NCBI GenBank assembly: GCA_009914755.4
Contig: CP086569.2
Location: 15,200,001 to 15,264,000, forward strand
Source: the human T2T-CHM13v2.0 reference genome, Homo sapiens
Reading direction: 5' to 3'
DNA: 64,000 nucleotides
This document shows, in pieces, positions 14,068 to 22,935 of this stretch; the first letter of the stretch is position 1, and the number at the start of each line of letters is the position of its first letter. A program made the position numbers and the translations under genes. Under the pieces are notes generated by a model. The model was not told where the DNA came from. It saw only the letters and a list, made by a program, of their open reading frames with translations, and ran no database searches.

Positions 14068-15742
14068 TAGGATTGAAAGTGTTAAGGTGAAGTGTAGTAA
14101 CCACATGAGCAAGACAGTGCTTTGAGACTATTTTCCAGTATAAAGACAGAGTAATTTTCCAGTATGCAATATTATGATAAGCTGTGATACAACAGGAATC
14201 CCCTTAGTAGTATAATATACCATAATCAGATATCAAGCTAAGCTGATGCAAAGTCTAGAAGTCATGTTCTAAAAGGGGCTAAACATCTTTCAAAATGCTT
14301 GTAATCCTGAGCCATGAGGCTATACTCTTGCATTTTCTGCCAAGAAAGAAAATAATCTCTTGCCTGTTGTTCCTGAGATTTGCAAGTACTCCCTTGCACA
14401 GGGATAGCCCAGATGGGTTGGCATGTCCAACATTTAATCTGCGATGTATTTCCAACTAAGTCTAGTAGTCTTATTTGACAGTCAGTGGCACTGCCCATAC
14501 TGCTTTAAAAGGCAAATCATCACAAACTTGGCTTACATCATAATTCACTTAAAGGACCAACCAAATCAAATATTAGACATATGGAATAACACTTCCAGGT
14601 CTCTCCCTTAATTTCATTCTGAACACAAACTGACATTCCATTTTGTACAAATTGCAGTTATTTATGGAAACGGTTGAGTGTAGATTAAGTAATTGCACTA
14701 AAAAATCAATATACTTGTGTTGGAATAGTGTGTATCTATCTAGTGAGATGATAAGGAGAGCTAGGTCTCCATCTCTGAAGACAGGAATGTTAAGAAAATG
14801 GTTTTTAAAGGACTTTCCTAGATCTTTGGTCTGTGATTAAAATAGAGGAAGAAAGAGGAGGTCATAGGAAGCAGGAACTGTGGAGTCTGCCAGGACTGGT
14901 GTGGAATTTCTTTCTTAATTTTGCTCTGGGCTAGGGAGAGCTAATGAGTGGGATGGCTGATTTGTGAGTACTTTGCACCTTCCAAATTATTTGTCATGAC
15001 AAATCTATGTTGTTCCAGTGGTTGAAACACCCACCAGAGAGTGTGGAAGTTTTAATTGTCCCATATCCTTGAGCATACATATCTCATTGGTATTATAAGG
15101 ATAGTCGGACACCCAGGGCTGTAACTGACAGATGGAAAGAGAAAAATGTACAGTACATGAAACCACTTCGCAAAATGCCTGGTTGATAGTTGCCATTCCA
15201 CAGTGTCGGTTTCCTTCCTTGTTCTTTAATATGCTTTCATAGCATGCTGCACACTCCTTTGCTAAACTATTCATTTTAATCTATCAATATTTCATTATTT
15301 GCAAATGAAATTATGAGTTTCTGGATACCAAAGTCTTTCATTATTTGTTGGACACCAAGAACTCAGTACATAGCATTTATTGGCTGACCTTTGAAATAAG
15401 GTGTCCTTTGAAGTAAAACAAAACAAAAAAATCTCCAAGTTAATATGAGTACTTTTTAATATCTTGGAAAATTAAACCCCATAAAATTTATCTGGTGATA
15501 ATACTCCTTCATAAGAGAAAAAAACATTAATTTTTAAAAACAACATTATCATGAACTATTACATCTAAGGTACATGAGGTACAATCAGTAACAAAAATAC
15601 TCATGTCCACATCCCAGCTTCAGAAATATAACATTTACGTATCATTCACATAAAAGGATTGCTCTCTTAAATAAACAAATACAGTTGAAGACAGTGGTGT
15701 CCATTTCCAATCTTCTTCTTCCACCCACTATCCTTGTAACTG

Positions 15743-17262
15743 TGAGAGGTGACAGCGTGATGGCAGCCCTCCCAGCCCTCACTTGCTCCAGGTGCCTCCT
15801 CTGCCTTGGCGCCCACCCTGGCTTCCCTTCAGCCCGCCGCTGCACTGTGGGAGCCCCTTTCTGGGCTGGCCAAGGCTGGAGCCGGGTCCCTCAGCTTGCA
15901 GGGAGGTGTGGAGGGAGAGGCGCCAGTGGGAACCGGGGCTGCGCCCGGTGCTTGCAGGCCAGCATGAGTTCCAGGTGGGCGTGGGCTCGGCAGGCCCCGC
16001 ACTCCAAGCGGTCGGCTGGCCCGCAAGCCCCAGGCAGTAAGGGGCTTAGCACCTGGGCCAGCAACTGCTGTGCTCAATTTTTCACCGGGCCTTAGCTGCC
16101 TCCCCACAGGGCTCGGGACCTGCAGCCCACCATGCCTGAGTCTCCCCACCAACCCACACTGTGGGCTCCTGTGCAGCCCAAGCCTCCCCCATGAGCACTA
16201 CTCCCTGCTCCACGGTGCCCAGTCCCATCGACCACCCAAGGGCTGAGGAGTGCGGGCGCACGGGGTGGGACTGGCAGGCAACTCCACCTGCGGCCCCAGT
16301 GTGGGATCCACTGGGTGAAGCCAGCGGGGCTCCTGAGTCTGGTGGGGACTTGGAGAACCTTTATGTCTAGCTAAGGGATTGTAACTACACCAATCAGCAC
16401 TCTGTATCTAGCTCAAGGTTTGTAAACATATCAATCAGCACCCTGTGTCTAGCTCAGGGTTTGTGAATGCACCAATCGGCACTCTGTATCTAGTTAGTCT
16501 GGTGGGGACTTGAAGAATCTTTATGTCTAGCTAAAGGATAGAAAATGCATCAATCCACACTCTGTATCTAGCTCAAGTTTTGTAAATGCACCAATCAGCA
16601 CTCTGTGTCTAGCTCAGGGTTTGTAAATACACCAATTGACACTATGTATCTAGCTAATCTAGTGGAGACATGGGAAATTGTTGTCTAGCTCAGAGACTGT
16701 AAATACACAATCAGCACCCTGTCAAAATGGACCAGTCAGCTCTCTGTAAAACAGACCAATCAACTCCCTGTAAAATGGACCAATCAGCATGATGTGGGTG
16801 GGGCCAGATAAGACAATAAAAGTAGGCTGCCAGAGCCGGCAGTGGCAACCCGCTCGGATCCCTTTCCACACTGCAGAAGCTTTGTTCCTTCGCTCTATGC
16901 AATCAATCTTGCTTCTGCTCACTCTTTGGGTCCACACTGCCTTTATGAGCTGTAACACTCACTGTGAAGGTCTGCAGCTTCACTTCTGAAGCCAGAAAGA
17001 CCACAAACCCACCGGGAGGAATGAACAACTCCATAGGTGCCACCTTAAGAGCTGTTAACACTTACCACAAAGGTCTGCTCTGCAGCTTCACTCCTGAGCC
17101 AGTGAGAACACGAACCCACCAGAAGAAACTCTGAATGCATCCAAACATCAGAAGGAAAAAACTCTAGACACGCCACCTTTAAGAACTGTAACACTCACTG
17201 CGAGGGTCCATGGCTTCATTCTTGAAGTCAGTGAGACCAAGAACCCACTAATTCCAGACACA
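15743..17262 (+). mobile_element. LTR12 (ERV9 LTR), 5' LTR
   Basis: It matches the LTR12 architecture. A GC-rich 5' part reads ccgccgctgcactgtgggagcccctttctgggctggccaaggctggagccgggtccctcagcttgcagggaggtgtggagggagagg. Next come tandem about 41-bp U3 repeats of the form ctagctcagggtttgtaaatgcaccaatcagcactctgt, then ggtggggccagataagacaataaaagtaggctg, then the R/U5 segment ctgtaacactcactgcgagggtccatggcttcattcttgaagtcagtgagaccaagaacccac. Confidence 0.9.
16366..16830 (+). promoter_or_regulatory. LTR12 U3 enhancer/promoter: about 7 tandem 41-bp CCAAT-box repeats, followed by a GATA motif and an AATAAAAG TATA-like box
   Basis: Repeating units gtctagct[ac]a[ag]gg[at]ttgtaaa[ct][ag]caccaatcagcac[ct]ctgt[ag]t are visible, then agataagacaataaaagtaggctg at about 16808-16830. 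A role for these motifs as an LTR12 promoter is established knowledge, not something the sequence shows here. Confidence 0.7.
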
Positions 17263-17290
17263 TTTTGGTGACCATAAAGGGACAATCACT
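17263..17290 (+). promoter_or_regulatory. Putative primer-binding site region, ttttggtgaccataaagggacaat
   Basis: It lies immediately 3' of the LTR-terminal CA and starts TGG after a short spacer. The homologous position in the HERV-W copy reads tttctggtcgcccatataggga. I did not verify which tRNA it matches. Confidence 0.4.
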
Positions 17291-18234
17291 TATTGCTAAG
17301 TGGTGAGACTATTGCTGAGTGGTGAGACCATCGCCTATCGCTGAGTGTAAGACAATCACTTATCACCAAGCAGTGAGTACCATTGGACCCCTTTCGCTTA
17401 CTATTCTGTCCTATGTTTCCTTAGAATTTGGAGACTAAATACAAGGCACCTGTCGGCCAGTTAAAAGTGACTAGCATGGCCACCGGACTAAAGACATGGG
17501 TTTCAGACATTCTGGGAAAGGGCTCTCTTAACAACCCCTGACTCTTCGGAGTTGGGAGCATTGGTTTGCCTGGGAGCAGCTTCTGCTTTTCCTGTACTTC
17601 TGGGCTGAGCCAAGGGTCGACAGAGAGGAAAGCCATGCAGCTCCAGGGTCCCGACAACAAGTTGGTTGACTCTGTGGCCATGAGCGGAACTCTCAAAGGC
17701 ATGTCACCCAAGCAAGACTCACCCATCTATCCTATCTCTCCTGACCCTTGCCCCCTGGGTCCTAATGCCTGCCAGACAAACTTCCTTTCACCTCTCTTCA
17801 AGGTTAATCCCACTTCTAAAAGTTGCTACCTGTCTATGTTGCTTTTCTAGTTTCTCCTATAAGAATGATTTCTAGTATAAACTCCAGCAATCTGTTACCT
17901 TCTTTAGGCACCTGGGCTCGCCAATCACAAAAACATAATTTTTGCCCAAAGTTCCATCATACTGGGGACTACCTGGAATTTTTGGATCCCTCCTCAGACT
18001 GACAGGCCTAAAGACAGCTATTCCTGAAGCTAGGATATGGGGATCCTCAGAAATTGTATCGTTCCTATTCATGTAAGTGAGGACAAAAGGTATCACTCTT
18101 CCAACTCTGGAGATCCCTTCCCTCCCTCAGGGTATGGCCCTCCACTTCATTTTTGGGGCATAATATCTTTGTAGGACAGGGGTAAAGTCCCAATACTAAC
18201 AGGTGAATGCTTAGGACTCTAACAGGTTTTCGAA

Positions 18235-18552
18235 AATGCATTGGTAAGGGTCACTAAATCTGATTTTTCTCAGTCGCTACTACTTGTGGTCTAGGAAGAC
18301 AGGCAATGGTGCAGGTTTTCAAGGATGCATTGGTAAGGGTCACTAAATCTGACCTTCCTTGGTCTTCCATGTGGTCTGGGAGGAAAACTAGTGTTTCTGC
18401 TACTGCATTGGTGAGCACAACTATTCTGACCATCAGGGTCCAGGGACCATTGGAGCTTCTTGGGCAGGGGTCGTTTCTGCTGCTACATTGTTGAGCACAA
18501 CTATTCAGATCAGCAGGGTCCAGGGACCATTGTGGGTTCTTGGGCAGGGGGA
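18235..18552 (+). repeat. Two pairs of about 75-80-bp tandem direct repeats in the ERV9 leader
   Basis: gcattggtaagggtcactaaatctga...ggtctaggaagacaggcaatggtgcaggttttcaagg occurs twice in tandem. tttctgct[ag]ctgcattg[gt]tgagcacaactattc[ta]ga[ct]cagcagggtccagggaccattg[gt][ag]g[ct]ttcttgggcagggg also occurs twice in tandem. Confidence 0.8.
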
Positions 18553-18594
18553 GAAACAAAACAAACCAAAACAGTTGGCAGTTTTGTCTTTCAG

Positions 18595-19650
18595 ATGGGA
18601 AACATTAAGGCATCAACAGGCTCACCCTTGAAATGCATCCTAAGCCATTTGGATCAATTTGACCGACAAACCCTGAAAAAGAGGTGGCTTATTTTTTTCT
18701 GCGCTATGGCTTGGCCCCAATATTCTCTCTCTGATGTGGAAAAATGGCCACCTGAGGGAAGTACAAATTACAATACTGTCCTGAAGCTTGACCTTTTCTG
18801 TAAGAGGAAAGGCAAATGGAGTGAAATACCTTATGTCCGAGCTTTCTTTTCATTGAGGGAGAATACACAACTATGCAAATATTACAACTTACATCCCACA
18901 GGAGGACCTCTCAGCTTACCCCCATATTCTAGCCTCCCTATAGCTCCCCTTCCTATTAATGATACTCCTCCTCTAATCTCCCCTGCCCAGAAGGAAATAA
19001 GCAAAGAAATCTCCAAAGGACCACAAAAACCCCCAGGCTATTGGTTATGTCCCCTTCAAGCTGTAGCAGGAGGGGAATTTGGCCCAACCCGGATACATGT
19101 CCCCTTCTCCTGCTCTGATTTAAAGCAGATCAAGGCAGACCTGGGGAAGTTTTCAGATGATCTTGATAGGTACATAGGCGTCCTACAGGGTCTAGGGAAA
19201 ACCTTTGGCCTCGCTTGAAGAGATGTCATGCTACTGTTAGATCAAACCCTGGCCTTTAATGAAAACAATGCAGCTTTAGCTGCAGCCCGAGAGTTCGGAG
19301 ATACCTGGTATCTTAGTCAAGCAAATGATAGAATGACAGCCAAAGAAAGGGACAAATTCCCTACCGGTCAGCAAGCCATCCCCAGCATGGATCCCCACTG
19401 GGGCCTAGACTCAGATCATGGGGACTGGAGTCATAAACATCTGTGGACCTGTGTTCTAGAAGGACTAAGGAGAATTAGAAAAAAGCCCATACACAGCCCT
19501 CTAAACACGAATACTATCTTAACTTTCCAAGCCCCTTTATGCATCCAACACAACCTGTTATCAGGCCTGCCTCTGGGGCACCTACTACTGCATCAGTGTA
19601 ATTACACCCTGCAGCTTCAAGCCCCAACTGATCATGGTAGCTTTTGAGTC
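18595..19650 (+). pseudogene. ERV9 gag remnant (MA/p12 and part of CA), broken by a frameshift or stop near 19216
   Basis: The ATG at 18595 opens MGNIKASTGSPLKCILSHLDQFDRQTLKKRWLIFFCAMAWPQY, a gamma-retroviral MA N-terminus. A PPY late-domain motif appears in LSLPPYSSL. The CA-like stretch LLLDQTLAFNENNAALAAAREFGDTWYLSQANDRMTAKERDKFPTGQQAIPSMDPHWGLDSDHGDWSHKHLW lies in the next frame. Confidence 0.8.
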
Positions 19651-20781
19651 ACCCAAACAGCCCCATTCAGATGGCTTGTCCACTTCTCAAGGACTCAAGG
19701 CCCCCCAAAATCATCACCTCCTCCCTGTTTAACAAACAGTCCAGGTTTTGTAATGGCAAACATACTCCCTACATGACCATTCACCCCTGGATGCCCTGCA
19801 GCAGCACCCCCACCACTAGTGAATGCCTTCTCATCCCCTCTTTCAATCACTCTCTCAAGTTGTTCCTAGTGGATACAAAACATTTTTTTCTCCAATGGGA
19901 AAATAGAACACAGGGAGCCACTCAGTCTGCTCCCAACACCCCTTTCCAGCTGCTCACTGGAGCTACCTTGGCAAGTACTCTAGGAGTATGGGAAAATGAA
20001 AACAACAAACTCACACACCTTTTTAACATACATAACCACTTCTGTCTACCTAGCCAAGGTATGTTCTTCTTATGTGGAATGTCAACCTATATCTGCCTCC
20101 CCACTAACTGGAAAGGCACCTGCACCTTAGTCTTTCTAAGTCCCAACATTAACATTGCCCCAGGAAATCAGACCCTATCAGTACCCCTCAAAGCTCAAGT
20201 CCGTCAGTGCTGAGCCATACAACTAATACCCCTACTTATAGGGTTAGGAAGGGCTACAGCTACAGGAACTGGAATAGCTGGTTTATCTACTTCATTATCC
20301 TACTACCACACACTCTCAAAGGATTTCTCAGACAGTTTGCAAAAATAAAGAAATCTATTCTTACTTTACAGTCCCAAATAGACTCTTTGGCAGCAGTGAC
20401 TCTCCAAAACCGCTGAGGCCTAGACCTTCTTGCTGCTGAAAAAGGAGGACTCTGTACCTTCTTAGGGGAAAAGTGTTGTTTTTACACTAACCAGTCAGGG
20501 ATAGTATGAGATGCTGCCTGGCATTTACAGGAAAAGGCTTATGAAATCAGACAACACCTTTCAAATTTTTATGCCAATGTCTGGAGTTGGGCAACATGGC
20601 TTCTCCCGTTTCTAGGTCCCGTGGCAGCCATCTTACTGTTACTCACCCTTGGGCCCTGTATTTTTAACCTTCTTGTCAAATTTGCTTCCTCTAGAATTGA
20701 GGCCATCAAGCTACAGATGGTCTTACAAATGGAACCCCAAATGAGTTCAACTAACAACTTCTACCGAGGACTCCTGGACTG
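19650..20781 (+). pseudogene. ERV9 env remnant (SU C-terminal part and TM), with multiple frame disruptions
   Basis: The SU part reads LTGATLASTLGVWENENNKLTHLFNIHNHFCLPSQGMFFLCGMSTYICLPTNW, which aligns to the HERV-W Syncytin-1 SU segment VCLPSGIFFVCGTSAY. The TM part has the immunosuppressive-domain-like [28 protein letters not shown] with its CX6CC motif. Downstream is the membrane anchor WLLPFLGPVAAILLLLTLGPCIFNLLVKFASSRIEAIKLQMVLQMEP, with a stop at about 20779. Confidence 0.85.
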
Positions 20782-20935
20782 ACCCACTGGCACCTCCACT
20801 GGCCTAGAGAGCTCCCCTCTGGAGGACACTACAACTGCAGGGCCCCTGCATCACCCCTATCCAGCAGGAAGTAGCTAGAGCAGTCATTGGCCAAATTCCC
20901 AACAGCAGTTTTGGTGTCCTGTTTAGATGGGGGAT

Positions 20936-22470
20936 TGAGAGATGAAAGCATGCTAGCAGCCCTCGCAGCCCTTGCTTGCTTTTGGTGCCTCTTCAGCCTT
21001 TGTGCCCACCCTGGCTGCTCTTGAGGAGCCCTTCAGCCCACTGCTGCACTGTGGGAGCTCCTTTCTGGGCTGGCTAAGGCTGGAGCCAGATCCCTCAGCT
21101 TGGGGGGAGGTGTGGAGGGAGAGGCACAGCCAGGAACCAGGGCTGTGTGCGGTGCTTGCAGGCCAGCATGAGTTCCAGGTGGATGTGGGCTCAGCGGGCC
21201 CCACACTCAGAGTGGCCGACTGGCCCACAAGCCCCGGGCAGTGAGGGGCTTAGCACCTGGGCCAGCAGCTGCTGTGCTCGATTTCTCGCCAGGCCTTAGC
21301 TGCCTCTTTGCAGGAGCAGGGCTCAGGACCTGCAGCTCACCATGCCTGAGCCTCCCCCTTCCCCACCGTGGGCTCCTGCACAGCCCAAGCCTCCCTGACA
21401 AACACCGCTCCCTGCTCCATGGCGCCCAGTCCCATCGGCCACCCAAGGGCTGAGGAGTGAGGGTGCACAGCGTGGGACTGCCAGGCAGCTCCACCTGCAG
21501 CCCCAGTGCGGGATCCACTGGGTGAAGCCAGCTGGGCTCCTGAGTCTGGTGGGGACTTGGAGAACCTTTATGTCTAGCTAAGGGATTGTAAATACACCAA
21601 TCAGCATGCTGTGTCCAGCTCAAGGTTTGTAAACACACCAATCAGCACCCTGTGTCTAGCTCAGGGTTTATGAATGCACCAATCAGCACTCTGTATCTAG
21701 TTAGTCTGGTGGGGACTTGGAGAATCTTTATGTCTAGCTAAAGGATTGTGAATGCACCAATCAGCACTCTGTATCTAGCTCAAGGTTTGTAAATGCACCA
21801 ATCAGCACTCTTTGTCTAGCTCAGGGTTTGTAAATACACCAATCAACACTCTGTATCTAGCAAATCTAGAGGGGACATGGAAAACTTCAGTGTCTAGTTC
21901 AGGGATTGTAAACACACCAATCAGCAACCTGTCAAAATGGACCAATCACCTCTCTGTAAAACAGACCAATCGGCTCTCTGTAAAATGGACCAATCAGCAT
22001 GATGTGGGTGGGGCCAGATAAGAGAATAAAAGCAGGCTGCCTGAGCCAGCAGTGGCAACCTGCTCTTGTCCCTTTCCACACTGTGGAAGCTTTGTTCTTT
22101 CACTGTTTGCAATCAATCTTGCTGCTGCTCACTATTTGGGTCTACACTGCCTTTATGAGCTATAACACTCACCGCAAAGGTCTGCAGGTTCATTCCTGAA
22201 GCCAGCGAGACCACAAATCCACTGGGAGGAATGAACAACTCCAGACATGCTGCCTTAAGAGCTGTAACACTCACCACGAAGATCTGCAGCTTCACTCCTG
22301 AGCCAGCAAGTCCACGAACTCAACAGAAGGAAGAAACTCTGAACACATCCTAACATCAGAAGGAAAAAACTCCAGACATGCCACCTTTAAGGACTGTAAC
22401 ACTCGCCGCAAGGGTCCACAGCTTCATTCTTGAAGTCAGTGAGACCAAGAACCCACCAATTCCGGACACA
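20936..22470 (+). mobile_element. LTR12 (ERV9 LTR), 3' LTR
   Basis: It has the same architecture as the 5' LTR, with 41-bp CCAAT repeats at about 21560-21990 and ggtggggccagataagagaataaaagcaggctg at about 22005-22038. Confidence 0.9.
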
Positions 22471-22935
22471 ACTGGACATATCACTATCTTCTTTTTTTTA
22501 TAGTTTTGGTATATATGTGTGTATATCTAAACAATATCTTGTTTAGTTATACATAGATTCTGTAGTCTAGATTAATATTGTTCTAACACATTGCTCTCTA
22601 ACTTCTTTCATTCAATACCTATGTGTAATCCATCCATATTAATATCAACAGTGGTTCCTTAATTTGCACTAACTGTACATATATATGTATATATACAGTG
22701 TATATATACACACATATGTGTAATTATGTAATTCATGATATAAAATTAAAAATTATACATACAGTTAGTGCAATTAATTTATTTTGTGAAACTAACTATA
22801 TATTCACATATATATACACACATGCTAATATATATTTACATGATATATTGTCTTATAATAAAACATTTATACATACTCTTTTTCAAATGGTTACTTGGGT
22901 AGCTTTCAGCTTTTTTACTTTTTTTCAATAGTGTG
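22471..22935. repeat. AT-rich low-complexity spacer with an imperfect about 120-bp palindrome
   Basis: ttgcactaactgtacatatatatgtatatatacagtgtatatatacacacatatgtgt...tatacatacagttagtgcaa. The inverted arms gcactaactgtac / gtacagttagtgc lie at about 22663 and 22770. Confidence 0.7.

Larger units (their letters stand above)
15743..22470 (+). mobile_element. ERV9 (HERV-9) provirus, internally deleted: LTR12, leader, gag 5' half, env 3' two-thirds, LTR12. The pol gene is absent.
   Basis: Two about 1.5-kb LTRs in direct orientation begin with tgagaggtgacagcgtg / tgagagatgaaagcatg and end with ccaattccagacaca / ccaattccggacaca. Between them are gag-like ORFs at 18460-19218 and 19228-19647 and env-like ORFs at 19644-20213 and 20207-20416. 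The flanks carry a 4-bp duplication ACTG at 15739-15742 and 22471-22474. Confidence 0.88.

Noticed and set aside
15685-16152. Overlapping ORFs of 85-144 aa on both strands (15685-16095, 15783-16040, 15829-16152, 20953-21641), rich in Pro, Ala, Gly and Arg.
   Set aside because: They lie inside the GC-rich part of the LTR12 copies. High GC suppresses stop codons. The matching copies in the two LTRs have different frames, and there is no protein similarity.
16366-16790. Regularly spaced about 41-bp direct repeats that superficially resemble a CRISPR array. The same pattern occurs at 21560-21990.
   Set aside because: They are the well-known U3 CCAAT-box subrepeats of the ERV9 LTR12. They are directly contiguous with no unique spacers, and the genome is primate. 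No cas-like ORFs exist.
17263-17420. A possible tRNA gene or primer-binding site near tggtgacc, and short tandem tgctgagtggtgagac motifs.
   Set aside because: It is only the retroviral PBS-like stretch and leader repeats. No cloverleaf-capable 70-90-nt tRNA structure with A/B box spacing is evident.
18460-19218. The longest ORF in the window (252 aa), which could be taken for a gene.
   Set aside because: It is the ERV9 gag MA/p12 remnant, preceded by leader sequence read in frame. It terminates before CA and is followed by frame-shifted gag pieces, so it is a proviral pseudogene.
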